Shown: one piece after another, positions 28,964 to 39,566 of the stretch
Layout of the letters: the number at the start of each line of letters is the position of its first letter
Numbering within the stretch: the first letter of the stretch is position 1
Virus record (IMG/VR): IMGVR_UViG_3300049489_000321
Location: 83,531-147,530 of that record
Direction: 5' to 3' (one strand)
Source: a virus
Length of the DNA stretch: 64,000 nt
The notes under the pieces: model-generated
Database searches by the model: none
Told to the model about the DNA's origin: nothing
The model's input: only the letters and a program-made list of their open reading frames with translations
Translations under genes and position numbers: made by a program

Positions 28964-30061
28964 ATGGCTCGGAAGGTTAAGCTAGAAATAGTTGAAGGTG
29001 AAGCGTCTATTGACGATATTCTTGCTGAAATTCAAGAATCATTAAACGACGAGTTTGGCAAAGACTCCGCTCAGCGTTTAAACGATGAGTCTGCTCTTTC
29101 CAACGTATCCACGTGGTGCAGTACCGGCTCTATTATTGTAGACGCCGTTATTGCTGGTGGTCGTACGTTACCGTGTTCCATTATTCCATTTGGTCGTCAA
29201 GTAGAGATTGCAGGACTTCCTGGCTCTGGTAAAACTACTCTTTGCGCCCAGATTGCAGCACAAACCCAGAAATTGGGTGGAATAGTAGTTATGGTAGATA
29301 CAGAAGAACGCGTGGATTCTGACTATTGGACTGCGCTAGGCGTAGATTGCAGTAAAATCATCAATCTACACGGTAAGACGTTAGAAGACGTTTTCACCAA
29401 GCAGGCACACTGTATTCAGCTTATGCAGGAAAAAGCCCCTGGAATTCCGTTACTTATGATATGGGACTCTGTTGGAGCTACGTCCAGTGACTCAGTAGCT
29501 ATGCCCAATAAAGATCAAAGCTTTATGGAGGCGGCTGAAAAGAACATGGGACGCGATGCTAAGGTTATTGGTGCTGGTATGAAGGTAATCAATAAATTAG
29601 TAGCTGAGAGCAAGTGCTGTTATTTATACACCAATCACGTATACAATAAGGTCGGTGTAGTGTACGGAGCCAAGACAACAACGCCAGGTGGCGAAAAGCT
29701 AAAGTTCTTTGCTACCTTACGTTTAGAACTAACCCGTGGACAAACCATTCGTGAAGAAGACGAGTTTGGTAATGAATATGACGCTGGTTGTCACGTTTGG
29801 GTTAAATCTAACAAAAATAGCATGGCCCCTAGACTTATGAAGAAAGAGGCTATTATTATTGGTGGCAAGGGGTTTAGCAATGAACACTCTGTGTTTGAAG
29901 CTGCCAAGACTTTAAAACTAATTGAAACTAAAGGTGCGTGGTCATCTTGGGTAGCGTCCAACGGAGAAGTCAAGTTTCAGGGGCTGCAAGGTTTCTTTGA
30001 CCACGTAGTTACTCACCCTGATTATCAAGTTCTTGTTGACGCTGTAGTCGCTTCGCTGTAG
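28964..30061 (+). CDS. recA: RecA/UvsX recombinase
   Basis: STGS..VD, GLPGSGKTT, DTEE, WDSV, TTPGG..LKFFA. Confidence 0.92.
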   Translation: MARKVKLEIVEGEASIDDILAEIQESLNDEFGKDSAQRLNDESALSNVSTWCSTGSIIVDAVIAGGRTLPCSIIPFGRQVEIAGLPGSGKTTLCAQIAAQTQKLGGIVVMVDTEERVDSDYWTALGVDCSKIINLHGKTLEDVFTKQAHCIQLMQEKAPGIPLLMIWDSVGATSSDSVAMPNKDQSFMEAAEKNMGRDAKVIGAGMKVINKLVAESKCCYLYTNHVYNKVGVVYGAKTTTPGGEKLKFFATLRLELTRGQTIREEDEFGNEYDAGCHVWVKSNKNSMAPRLMKKEAIIIGGKGFSNEHSVFEAAKTLKLIETKGAWSSWVASNGEVKFQGLQGFFDHVVTHPDYQVLVDAVVASL

Positions 30062-30068
30062 TGTATAC

Positions 30069-30098
30069 CTAGTTAGCCACGATTTTGTGGCTAACTGG
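30069..30098 (+). terminator. Stem-loop after recA
   Basis: AGTTAGCCAC-GATTTT-GTGGCTAACT, perfect 10-bp stem; no clear U-tract. Confidence 0.5.
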
Positions 30099-30121
30099 TT
30101 AAAAACATTGAAAGGTTGAAA

Positions 30122-30595
30122 ATGCGTAACTGTCTACTGTTTCTATTTTTTGTTGTTGCGTGTACTTCGTCAAATGATTTGGTTTCTCAAGATGTTAAGG
30201 TAGAGGAGTCTCCGTGTAGTGTTGACAATGTTTGTCGCCTACCTAATGGACAGCCTGGAATCGCTATCTGTCACCTGCCACCAGGCAACGAGGATAATCC
30301 TCTAAGTCTGTGTGTAGGACAGCCGTCTGTCGCTGCAGGTCACTTTAAGAACCACGAAGGAGACTACTGCGGTGCCTGCGAACTTCCACAGGAAGATTAT
30401 GGTGACGATGACGTTGGTGACGACGAACAGTGCCCAGAAGGCGTCGATGGTTGCTGGTACTGCGCAAACTGCGAGTGTGTGAATTTCTGCGAAACGCCGG
30501 ACGCGGGACTAACCGATCCAGGCTGCACTGACCCGAACGGATGTGAGGAACTACCTCCGGTCGAGTGTACAGATCCAAACGGCTGCGAGGTCTAA
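30122..30595 (+). CDS. Cys-rich acidic lipoprotein
   Basis: Lipobox-like VVAC; CHLPPGN...H..H.GD..G.C module; two CTDPNGCE repeats. Confidence 0.65.
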   Translation: MRNCLLFLFFVVACTSSNDLVSQDVKVEESPCSVDNVCRLPNGQPGIAICHLPPGNEDNPLSLCVGQPSVAAGHFKNHEGDYCGACELPQEDYGDDDVGDDEQCPEGVDGCWYCANCECVNFCETPDAGLTDPGCTDPNGCEELPPVECTDPNGCEV

Positions 30596-31054
30596 ATGTC
30601 TATTGATCATGAGGAAGACGAGGAAGATGCTGGTCTTCCTCATGATTTAACTAAACCTTCGTGGGTCGATGTATCTAGTTGGAATTTAAGTACAACTTGG
30701 TGCTTTGGCCCACAAGGACACCCTGCGTCGATGCGTGTTCATTTGGACGCATTTAAAGATAATGGATGGAAATTTTATCTATATGCAAACGGTCCTTTAC
30801 ACCGTTACGGTTTTGGTGATTTGCAAGAATTTAATGGAACTGATTATTTAATCAAATTACTTGTTTATGGTAGATCGATAGACGAGCGATTTGGGTGTGC
30901 ATGGGATTGGTGGCGATGTGCGGACAAGACTTGTACAGGGTATAAGTCTGACGCTCCTCCACCTTACCGTCGCTGTATTGATTGTGAAAACACAAGTAAA
31001 CAAGCGGAAATAGATACTAAAGAGTGGCTTGAAAACAATCCACCACCTACATAG
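30596..31054 (+). CDS. Hypothetical protein
   Basis: Abuts the previous stop; CxxxxC...CxxC. Confidence 0.55.
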   Translation: MSIDHEEDEEDAGLPHDLTKPSWVDVSSWNLSTTWCFGPQGHPASMRVHLDAFKDNGWKFYLYANGPLHRYGFGDLQEFNGTDYLIKLLVYGRSIDERFGCAWDWWRCADKTCTGYKSDAPPPYRRCIDCENTSKQAEIDTKEWLENNPPPT

Positions 31055-31061
31055 GAGATTT

Positions 31062-31529
31062 ATGCATATTAAAGACTTTACTGTCAAACAACTTATGGTT
31101 CATGTAAACCAAGCCGCTAAACAAAAGGGCTGGTGGGATGGATGGGAAGACCTTTCTGAAGAACAGAGGTTTGACAAAGCGGCAGGCAAACTTCTTTTGG
31201 TACACGCCGAAGTGTCGGAAGCTGCAGAAGAAATGCGCAACATTAATCAGTTACGTGAGATGGAATTCGATTTGTCCGACATCTACTACATGGATGATGT
31301 TAGGGCGGATGTTTCTTCTCATTTTGTAGGAAAAGAATACGATGACGATGGTGTTATTGTTAGAGAATGGTACAACAAGCCAGAAGGACTAGCTGTAGAA
31401 TTGGCGGATGTAGTTATTAGAGTATTTGACCTTGCTGAGCAGCTTAATCTGCCTCTGGATAGAGCAATTCAGGAAAAGATTACGTTCAACAATACCAGAA
31501 GTCGCAAGCACGGCGGAAAGGCGTTTTAA
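31062..31529 (+). CDS. MazG-like nucleotide pyrophosphohydrolase
   Basis: HAEVSEAAEE...ELADVVIRVFD...KI.FN..R; SD GGAG before ATG 31062. Confidence 0.85.
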   Translation: MHIKDFTVKQLMVHVNQAAKQKGWWDGWEDLSEEQRFDKAAGKLLLVHAEVSEAAEEMRNINQLREMEFDLSDIYYMDDVRADVSSHFVGKEYDDDGVIVREWYNKPEGLAVELADVVIRVFDLAEQLNLPLDRAIQEKITFNNTRSRKHGGKAF

Positions 31530-31605
31530 TGAACTGGCCAGAAACTGTTGTTGCTTGTGTGGCTATTGTCTGTGGTGCGTATCTATTTAGGGATTTTTTC
31601 GTACT

Positions 31606-31860
31606 ATGAAGGTAAGACTAACTAGGATTATCGGTGGATCTAAGCTTCGTACTGATTCTGTAGACGGAGAGGCTACTTATCCTCCAATGGTAGGGCGCTG
31701 TTTTGAAATGTCTGGACAAGGACTAGATTTCGGAACTAGACTAGTAAGCACTTCACCAGTAGTAGAGGTAAGTGGTGACGGTAAGTTTACTACTGAATCT
31801 GGCTCTGTTTATCATATAGAACTGCTAGAAAGACCTGGAGATGTCAAACTTACCAATTAA
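31606..31860 (+). CDS. Hypothetical protein
   Basis: 84-aa ORF ending 'TSPVVEV...FTTESGSVY', a recurrent phage pattern. Confidence 0.55.
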   Translation: MKVRLTRIIGGSKLRTDSVDGEATYPPMVGRCFEMSGQGLDFGTRLVSTSPVVEVSGDGKFTTESGSVYHIELLERPGDVKLTN

Positions 31861-32179
31861 TCCGTGTCATGGGTGTTCTCACGATATGTGGGATCATCCA
31901 AACGATAGCGGTTGCAATGCGTGGCATTATTCAAATGGTATGAGTACAATACCGGATACACACTGGATCCAAGATCAGCTTGACTGGTTAGACGGTAAGG
32001 CTGAAACTGACAATATTAGACTGCGTAAAGAACGCGATCACTATCGTGAGTTGTATTTGACCGCCAAAGTATGTAGTTGTGAACAGTTGATTAAGCAATT
32101 TATAAAACACGGTAAATGTCTTGAAAGTTCGTGTGAAATGCACGAATGGAGATTAGTGAATCTTTTCATTGGTCCATAA
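31841..32179 (+). CDS. Hypothetical Cys/His-rich protein
   Basis: SD GGAG; ends in TAATG overlap with the Mre11-like gene. Confidence 0.55.
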   Translation: MSNLPINPCHGCSHDMWDHPNDSGCNAWHYSNGMSTIPDTHWIQDQLDWLDGKAETDNIRLRKERDHYRELYLTAKVCSCEQLIKQFIKHGKCLESSCEMHEWRLVNLFIGP

Positions 32180-33222
32180 TGGCAAGAATAATAGTATTTA
32201 GTGACCTACACCTACACCCGTTCCGCCCATATAGCGAGTTAGATGAGCACGGGATGAATTCTCGACTTATGCACGGTGTGTCGTGTATTGATCAAGTACG
32301 TGAATACGCTGACAAAGTAGACGCTAAGATGGTGCTTTTTGGTGGTGATTTTTGGCATGTAAGGCGTAACATAGACACCGCCGCCCTAAACGAAGGTCTG
32401 AACGCTGTTGCAAAGTTTTCGCAACCAGTAAAGATCATTCACGGAAACCATGATCAGGCGAATTCTTCCGGTAGCATACACGCTGCTAACCCGTTCAAAT
32501 ACCTTAGTAATGTACAAGTTATAGACAAGCCAGGCTGGATTGAATGTGACGGTGTTGATATACTAGGAATTCCTTACACAGAGAATAAGGACGACGTTAA
32601 GCAACTATGTAGGTTAAAAGCTCCGAATAAAGACAGTGTAAAGATCTTATTAGCACATCTTGGCATTCAAGGTGCTTCTGTGGGCGCTGATTTCGTGTAT
32701 AACAACGAGGCTGACTGTGAGCTTAAGGATTTAAACTCAAAATCATTTGATTACGGATTTCTTGGGCACTATCACCTGCATCAGCAACTAGCTAAGAATA
32801 TTTGCTATGTCGGTGCCCCTCTTCAACATAATTGGGGTGATAAGTTTCAAAAGCGCGGCTTTGTAGAGTACGACACAGAAACTAAAAAGATTAAGCACAT
32901 AGAGTGCGTAGCTCCTAAGTTTGTGGAAATGGACGACGTAGAAGGATGGGAAGCTGTTGTTGATCCTGGCAACTACGTCCGCTTGATTAGTGATAAAGAG
33001 TATTCTGCCGATGAACGAGAAGACATTAGGCAGAGGATTGGCGCTCGTACTTTCGAAGTGTCTACCTACACGACCGCACCAGAAATCACTGCTAGAAGTA
33101 CTTTGACTCCTAACGAATCCTACGATAAGATTATCGAGAAATATATAGAAAGTAAAGGAACTGACCTAGATCTTGGTGTTCTAGCTGAAATGGGTCGGTC
33201 TATCCTTCAAGAAGTTTTGTGA
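32179..33222 (+). CDS. Mre11/SbcD-like nuclease (gp47-like)
   Basis: SDLH, GGDFWH, GNHD, LAH, GHYH metallophosphoesterase motifs. Confidence 0.9.
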   Translation: MARIIVFSDLHLHPFRPYSELDEHGMNSRLMHGVSCIDQVREYADKVDAKMVLFGGDFWHVRRNIDTAALNEGLNAVAKFSQPVKIIHGNHDQANSSGSIHAANPFKYLSNVQVIDKPGWIECDGVDILGIPYTENKDDVKQLCRLKAPNKDSVKILLAHLGIQGASVGADFVYNNEADCELKDLNSKSFDYGFLGHYHLHQQLAKNICYVGAPLQHNWGDKFQKRGFVEYDTETKKIKHIECVAPKFVEMDDVEGWEAVVDPGNYVRLISDKEYSADEREDIRQRIGARTFEVSTYTTAPEITARSTLTPNESYDKIIEKYIESKGTDLDLGVLAEMGRSILQEVL

Positions 33223-35159
33223 AATTTGAACTACTGAAAATTACTAATTTTCTCAGCTACAGAGCCCAAAATCGAATATATCTAGATAACGTTGGGTTGG
33301 TTGGCATATTCGGTGTAAACACTGATAATTCCTTTGGTTCTAATGGAAGTGGCAAATCGTCCCTATTAGAAGCTATAGTTTGGGCTATTTGGGGTGAGAC
33401 GCTTCGTGGTCTGAAAGGCGACGAAGTTATCAATAAGGACGAAGGCTGTAATTGCGAGGTAGAACTCCACCTAACGGAAGGAGACACCTCGTATAAGCTC
33501 GTCAGAACGCGAGGGACGAAGGGATCGAAACGACCTAACGACCTTACGTTGATGCGTTGTAAAGCTCCTACGCGCGGCTACATCGACTGTAGTGCCGGTA
33601 TCATGTCTGACACCCAAAAGCTGGTGGACGACATCGTAGGAATGGATTTTAACACCTTTACCCAGTCTGTGTTTATTACGGATAAAACACAGTCTTTTTG
33701 CACGCTAACCGACGCTAAGCAGAAGGAATTACTAGAAGATATCCTTCAAATAGGCGTTTTATCAGAAGCACGGAAGGTGGCAAAGAACAGAATTATAAGT
33801 GTTGAGAAAGAAATTGCCGATATCGAAGGCGAAGCGCGACAGTATAGAACTTTAATACAAAACGCTGTAATTAATAAGAAATCCCTAACTGACAAGTCCG
33901 AAAACTGGCTTGTGTCTCAGAACACAAAGATAGATAAGCTAAAGCTAGAGATTAAACAAAAAACTGAGTATATAAAGAAAAACGAACATCTTAACGAGAT
34001 GCTGGTGAAGTCCACTAAGCAACTAGAAAACAATTCTTCAGGTAGCGAAGAATTGTATAATGAAATCAAAGAGCTTGAAAAAGAAGTATATAAAATCAAA
34101 GCTCGTACTGAACAGCATAGAAACGAAATAAGACTTAAGTCCAAGGAAATAGAAGTAACTTCTAAGGCTATTCGTAAAGACTGCGAAAGCGTCTCTAGAT
34201 TAGCCGGTACGGTTTGTACGAACTGTAAACAAAGCGTAGATACAGACGTAGCTCAAGCTCAACTTGAAGGATGGAATGTCCAACTACTTGCGTTATCTGA
34301 AAAATACGACAAGTTACAGGAATTATTAGAACAGTTAAATGAAGCTGAGGTAGTGGACCTTGAAGAAGTTACCAACGATTTGACACAAAAGAATAAGGAA
34401 TATAGCGACAAGAAGTCTGAAAACAGTAGACTAGCTTCACAGATTCAAGTTCTTCAAAGAGACTTGTCGGTGATGAACAACGTCGCAAATGAGATAGAAC
34501 GCCTCAATAGTTCTATAGAAACGATTAAATCAGAAGAAAATCCATATATTCAGCTAATTACTGAAGTAGACGCTTCTGTGGAAGGCTGCGAAGACAAGAT
34601 CGCAGCGTTATCAGCAGTAGTTGAGGAAAAGCAGAAAAAGCTCAAATATCTTCATTTCTGGGACCATGGATTTTCCAATGCTGGTATAAAATCCTACATG
34701 ATGGATAATGTCATTCCGTTTTTAAATGAGCGTGCGCAAAGGTACGCTGATATCATGAGCGGCGGTAGTTTGCGTATTAAATTCAATACACAGACTACTA
34801 ATAAAGGTGGAGATACTAAAGACAAGTTTTCTGTTGATGTCATTAACGCTAGAGGCGGCGAACTATATAAAGGAAACAGTAGCGGTGAACGACGCAGAGC
34901 CGATTTAGCGATAAGTTGGGCGTTAGCAGACCTTGCTGGTTCTAGAGCCTTAAAGCCCATGCAGTTACTAGCCTTAGACGAACCGTTTGAGAACCTAGAT
35001 GCAGAAGGAGTAGAGTCTGCCTTCAGATTATTAAACAGTGCCGTATCAGAACGTGGTAGTATCTTAGTTATAACACATAATCAAGAATTGAAAGATATGT
35101 TTGCAAAGTACTGGACTGTTGAAAAACGCAATGGAGCCAGTTGGATAAAGGAAAATTAA
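33219..35159 (+). CDS. Rad50/SbcC-like ATPase (gp46-like)
   Basis: GSNGSGKSS, coiled coil with CTNC zinc hook, SSGE, LDEPF, ITH. Confidence 0.92.
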   Translation: MKFELLKITNFLSYRAQNRIYLDNVGLVGIFGVNTDNSFGSNGSGKSSLLEAIVWAIWGETLRGLKGDEVINKDEGCNCEVELHLTEGDTSYKLVRTRGTKGSKRPNDLTLMRCKAPTRGYIDCSAGIMSDTQKLVDDIVGMDFNTFTQSVFITDKTQSFCTLTDAKQKELLEDILQIGVLSEARKVAKNRIISVEKEIADIEGEARQYRTLIQNAVINKKSLTDKSENWLVSQNTKIDKLKLEIKQKTEYIKKNEHLNEMLVKSTKQLENNSSGSEELYNEIKELEKEVYKIKARTEQHRNEIRLKSKEIEVTSKAIRKDCESVSRLAGTVCTNCKQSVDTDVAQAQLEGWNVQLLALSEKYDKLQELLEQLNEAEVVDLEEVTNDLTQKNKEYSDKKSENSRLASQIQVLQRDLSVMNNVANEIERLNSSIETIKSEENPYIQLITEVDASVEGCEDKIAALSAVVEEKQKKLKYLHFWDHGFSNAGIKSYMMDNVIPFLNERAQRYADIMSGGSLRIKFNTQTTNKGGDTKDKFSVDVINARGGELYKGNSSGERRRADLAISWALADLAGSRALKPMQLLALDEPFENLDAEGVESAFRLLNSAVSERGSILVITHNQELKDMFAKYWTVEKRNGASWIKEN

Positions 35160-35170
35160 GGAGATGTTTA

Positions 35171-35617
35171 ATGGAAAATAATAGCGATGACGACTACATG
35201 TTAGAAGATCAAACAGAATCACTAAGCAGCTTTTTAGCAGGAATGACGGAAGGTCAGAAGATGTATGATTTAACCGTGCTATACCTTCTTAAGTCGTCAA
35301 AGAGGTTCATTGATTTTGTTAATGAGAACTTTGACGTTCAACACAATATTGATAAGGAAACTAAGGCTGTAGATATTCGTGTGGTTGAAAAGCCTTTCAC
35401 TCAACCACCTTTCAAGATCTCGGATGAAGCAGCCGCTAGAGTGTCTGCTATGTTAGGACGTAAGTACGACGTAGAGAATCCTGGTCGTTGTATGATGGAC
35501 GTGTTAGCTATTATCAACGGTAAGGACGTGTCAGAGCCTTCTCTGATTGCTACAGAAGCAGACATTGAAGCTGAGCTTGCTGCGAGCCGCGTTGCTTCTA
35601 AACTAATTAAGGGTTAA
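35171..35617 (+). CDS. Hypothetical protein
   Basis: SD AAGGAG before ATG 35171. Confidence 0.55.
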   Translation: MENNSDDDYMLEDQTESLSSFLAGMTEGQKMYDLTVLYLLKSSKRFIDFVNENFDVQHNIDKETKAVDIRVVEKPFTQPPFKISDEAAARVSAMLGRKYDVENPGRCMMDVLAIINGKDVSEPSLIATEADIEAELAASRVASKLIKG

Positions 35618-35824
35618 ATGTCTTTAATTACGGACGAAGATAGAGAACGCATTAAATCTCTTACTAAACGTTGGAGCTTTAATGCGGTTATGATGAAGTT
35701 TGATGAGTACCAGCCTTTTGAAAACATCAAAGACGCGAAATTACACATGTTAATTAGTATCTGGCAAATGTCGTATGAATCTTTGTGTGAATACTTAGAC
35801 ATTGATCCGGTAACCGGTGAGTGA
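35618..35824 (+). CDS. Hypothetical protein
   Basis: Tiles the operon. Confidence 0.5.
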   Translation: MSLITDEDRERIKSLTKRWSFNAVMMKFDEYQPFENIKDAKLHMLISIWQMSYESLCEYLDIDPVTGE

Positions 35825-36260
35825 GCTAACCGTTTATTGTGATGGTTCCGTAACAAAGTCCCGCTACGGCGATGCCGTGTCGGCGTGGTGTGTGTTTGAC
35901 GAAAACAACTACGAAATAGCGTGTAACGCTAGATTCGTCCGCAGAGGTACGATAGACGCCACAGTCAACGTAGCGGAGCATTCAGCGGTACAGTTGGCTT
36001 TATATAACTGTAGAAGCCTTATTCGTCCTGGCATTACTATTAAGATAAACGTACGTACTGATAGTGATCTTGTAGTAAAACAAATAAACGGCAAATACCG
36101 TTGTTTGAACAAAACGTTACAGCCGCTGTTGCAGGATACTCTTGAATTGATTAAAGAATTCAAGAGTATGGGTATCAAGATATCTGTCGAATGGATACCA
36201 AGAGAGTTGAATAAAAGAGCGGATTTCTTATCTAAGTCATTGTACCCAAAGGAAAAATGA
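35817..36260 (+). CDS. Ribonuclease HI
   Basis: YCDGS, NVAEH.A, TDS.LVV.Q..G, WIPRE.N..AD. Confidence 0.9.
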   Translation: MSELTVYCDGSVTKSRYGDAVSAWCVFDENNYEIACNARFVRRGTIDATVNVAEHSAVQLALYNCRSLIRPGITIKINVRTDSDLVVKQINGKYRCLNKTLQPLLQDTLELIKEFKSMGIKISVEWIPRELNKRADFLSKSLYPKEK

Positions 36261-36526
36261 ACTTCAAACGACTACATATTGAAGCAATAGCAGACGCCAT
36301 AAAACACTCACAAATTGCCTCAAATCCTAGCTTTTTACTAAAAGGTTGCCAAAGGCTATTGCAGGAAGTACGTGATTTACTTGAATTTACACAGTATGTG
36401 GCTGATTTTGCTTGCTTTTGTGATAAATTAGAAGATAATAAAGAGTGCAGCAGTTGTTTAGCCGAAAGAGTGTTATCTGGAAATGACAAAAAACCCGACA
36501 AGAGTAGCGGCCGGCAAGAAAAGTAA
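36257..36526 (+). CDS. Hypothetical protein
   Basis: ATGA overlap; CxC...CxxC. Confidence 0.45.
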   Translation: MNFKRLHIEAIADAIKHSQIASNPSFLLKGCQRLLQEVRDLLEFTQYVADFACFCDKLEDNKECSSCLAERVLSGNDKKPDKSSGRQEK

Positions 36527-37043
36527 AAATAAGGGTGCTAGTTTCGAAAGAAAGATAGCTACTCGTTTACAAGAGTACTGGCGACAAGTTCGTCCTGAGT
36601 GTAGCTTTAAGAGGACACCAGGATCTGGCGGATGGGCTAGAGCTAACTCTACCTCCTTCAATGCCAGTGGAGACATCATTTGCGATGACAAGTCGTTTCC
36701 TTGGTGTGTAGAGCTTAAGCACTATAAGAATTTTTCATTAGATGTCCTTTTGTCAAACGATGCTGCCCCTATATTAGAGTGGTGGAAGCAAGCAGTTGAT
36801 GAGACTCCACCAGGAAGTTTTCCGCTCGTAATATGTAAGCGTAATTCTGTGGAAGAAATGGTTATTTTTGATTACTTATTATTTCCGACAGCGGACAAGT
36901 CTGTAGCTGAGTTGATTTATGGATTTAATCACTACAAGTTCGTAAGACCAGGAGTCAACTCATTGATAATGATGACACTAAACGATTTTCTTCGTATTCC
37001 GCCAACTGAAATAGATTGTCGAGTTAACAATGGACACATGTAA
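36483..37043 (+). CDS. Holliday junction resolvase (PD-(D/E)xK)
   Basis: SKNKGASFER, RTPGSGG, GDI, VELK. Confidence 0.8.
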   Translation: MTKNPTRVAAGKKSKNKGASFERKIATRLQEYWRQVRPECSFKRTPGSGGWARANSTSFNASGDIICDDKSFPWCVELKHYKNFSLDVLLSNDAAPILEWWKQAVDETPPGSFPLVICKRNSVEEMVIFDYLLFPTADKSVAELIYGFNHYKFVRPGVNSLIMMTLNDFLRIPPTEIDCRVNNGHM

Positions 37044-37106
37044 GACATGTAACCAGATACTTTTGAAGTGTACCTGTCAAAAAAAGGATTTAAATAAAAC
37101 TTTTAA

Positions 37107-37718
37107 ATGCAATTTGAATCTCCGAACCTAAGAATCTCATTAAACAAACTAGATTTTGGGCGCTGGTCTAATCAGCTAAGCAGCGTCAGAGACAACGATC
37201 AGATTCTATCCGTCTCTCAAACAAAGGGAGACAACGTGTATTGTCCTAACGGGCACGAATTGCATAGTTGGGACTATCTTGAAGGTAAAAATACTTTAGA
37301 TTTTCCTAGTGCTACCTATGACCTTGTTTATCTTTGGAAGGTTCTAGAACACAGAGATTGGGATGCCCAAAAAGCGCTAGTTAGAGAATCGCTTAGAGTA
37401 GTTAAGCCGGGCGGCAAAGTGTTTGCCTTATCCGTAGCGTGTAACGACCAAGAAGAGGTATTCCTTTTTTTACAAAAACACGGTTTTGATACAAAACAGT
37501 TTGAACAAACGAGGCTAAGCAACCGATGTATAGCACAACTGGGTCCACACGGAGCAGCCTTCTTCCAGTCCCATATTATAATTCCTAATAGAAAAAGGTT
37601 CGTTAGTTATCTGGCGGAACAGGGATTCACTGCTACGTTAGAGCAGATGTGGCATGTAAGAGATAACTTCGGAATAAATCGGTTACACGTGGGGTTGTGT
37701 TGGGTGCGTGATGTCTAA
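37107..37718 (+). CDS. SAM-dependent methyltransferase-like protein
   Basis: LDFPSATYDLV...VLEH...RVVKPGG; glycine-rich motif I not evident. Confidence 0.55.
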   Translation: MQFESPNLRISLNKLDFGRWSNQLSSVRDNDQILSVSQTKGDNVYCPNGHELHSWDYLEGKNTLDFPSATYDLVYLWKVLEHRDWDAQKALVRESLRVVKPGGKVFALSVACNDQEEVFLFLQKHGFDTKQFEQTRLSNRCIAQLGPHGAAFFQSHIIIPNRKRFVSYLAEQGFTATLEQMWHVRDNFGINRLHVGLCWVRDV

Positions 37719-39558
37719 AAACACCGATAAAACTTCCGATAAAAAGGATAAGAAAAAACCCGTGCCTGGCAAGCCTAGACAAGCTCCTGCTATTGTCGAA
37801 GGCATAAAGCCTTTGGACACGGCTTCCTTACTCAGAGCCGCTGGAGACGAAGAACTACGCATCCTTCAGTCCAAGAGCTTAGCTGTATGGGCGCAAACCG
37901 CTGGACTTAAGGTAGACGGACACTTATTTTCGTTTGACGAACACCGTTACTTACTTCCTATTTACTTGGATCGTTCACCTGAGATGGTGTGGCAGAAGGC
38001 CGCTCAGCTAGGTGCTACGGTTTATCTACTTTTAAAACTACTTCATTACTGTCGTTACAAGACCGTCAAGACCGCTCTGTATTTTCCTACCTCAGACGGC
38101 GTAGAAACGCTTTCTAAGGACCGTTTAGGACCATTACTGCGGTCTAACGAGGAGTTGTTTAGAAACGTCTCTGACGGTAAAGACGGAGGCGTAGATACAC
38201 TAGGTCTTAAGCACATACGTAATATTAACGACGAAATAAGTTCACTATACATGTTGTTCATGGGTGGTAGGGCGTCTAAGGACTCTGTTCCTCTAGACGT
38301 TCTTGCGTTTGACGAGGTGCGTCTAGTCGAAGAACGCGACATCGACCAGTGTATGGAGAGAATCAGCCACAGCACAGTAAAAAATAGAACGTTTATGAGC
38401 ACTTCTGGTCTTCCATCCAGAGATATTAACAAGCGGTTTATCCACGGTACTCAACTTACCTGGCACAGTAAGTGTAATTGCACTGATGGTGTCGTTTTAG
38501 CAGATAATTGGCCGGATTGCATAGTTGAGCGAAAAGGTGAGGTATTTTACCGTTGTCCAAAATGTAAATACATCATTACAGATCCACAAAACGGTTGTTA
38601 TGTAGCACACAACCCAAGGGGTGACTATCCAAGCTACTCCGTTTCTCAGCTAGAGTCTAAGTTTATCAGCGCTAAGGACATTTGGACGTTCTACAAGAGA
38701 ACAACAAATATGCAGGAGTTTTACAATGCTAAGCTTGGTAGACCTTATATTGACGAGAAGGCGCGTCCCATTACTGAAGACGTGTTCAATTCTTGCATAA
38801 ATCCTGATATTAACTGGGCTGTTCATGACCGAGGAAACAAGGCTGTTAGGGCCATGGGCGTAGACCAGCACAGCGGTAACTGCTATGCAACCATCTTAGA
38901 AAAAGGCAAAGACGGTAAAAAGAAGATTGTCCATTTCGAGATAATTGAGAGTGATAACCCTCGTTATTGGAAGACAAATAAGGTAACTGGTGCGGTTGGT
39001 CCTACCTCTCCGTTTGGAAGGTTGTACGAGATGATGCACGAATTTAACGTAGGTATTTGCGTAGTAGACGCTATGCCTAACGCTAATGAGGCACAAGAAT
39101 TTGCACGTAGCTTTCCTGGCAAGGTCTTCATTGCCTGGTACCGAGACACCGGAGCCGACCTAGTATTGTGGCAGGATAAGACAGTTACCAAGGAAGCAAT
39201 TCGTAAGGGTTCCAGGGAGTTACGCCTAAAATGGCAAGTAACAATCAACAGATTCATGGCCTTGGATTATGCTTTACGTATGTTTGCTGAGGGTGTGTTG
39301 CAACTTCCGCCGCCTGGTAAACTACTTCAGGTAGTTAGAAGTGAAGAATCTGGTATGTTTGAGACCGAAGCTATTATAGAGCGCTTCAAAAAACACGTAT
39401 GTAGCGTAGTTAAACAGGAAAAAGTGCTTAATGACGAAACCGGCAAATTTAAGATGGAATTTGTCTATTTATCCGGCGACCCACATTCCCTTCATTCGTA
39501 CAGCTACGCTAATATTGCGTTAGAAAGAGTTAAGAATAATTCCATGTGGGTGTTATAA
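37711..39558 (+). CDS. terL: Terminase large subunit (GpA-type)
   Basis: KAAQLGAT Walker A variant, YFPT, FDEV Walker B, MST coupling motif, FYNAKLGRPY, nuclease MGVD. Confidence 0.8.
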   Translation: MSKNTDKTSDKKDKKKPVPGKPRQAPAIVEGIKPLDTASLLRAAGDEELRILQSKSLAVWAQTAGLKVDGHLFSFDEHRYLLPIYLDRSPEMVWQKAAQLGATVYLLLKLLHYCRYKTVKTALYFPTSDGVETLSKDRLGPLLRSNEELFRNVSDGKDGGVDTLGLKHIRNINDEISSLYMLFMGGRASKDSVPLDVLAFDEVRLVEERDIDQCMERISHSTVKNRTFMSTSGLPSRDINKRFIHGTQLTWHSKCNCTDGVVLADNWPDCIVERKGEVFYRCPKCKYIITDPQNGCYVAHNPRGDYPSYSVSQLESKFISAKDIWTFYKRTTNMQEFYNAKLGRPYIDEKARPITEDVFNSCINPDINWAVHDRGNKAVRAMGVDQHSGNCYATILEKGKDGKKKIVHFEIIESDNPRYWKTNKVTGAVGPTSPFGRLYEMMHEFNVGICVVDAMPNANEAQEFARSFPGKVFIAWYRDTGADLVLWQDKTVTKEAIRKGSRELRLKWQVTINRFMALDYALRMFAEGVLQLPPPGKLLQVVRSEESGMFETEAIIERFKKHVCSVVKQEKVLNDETGKFKMEFVYLSGDPHSLHSYSYANIALERVKNNSMWVL

Positions 39559-39566
39559 TAGGACAA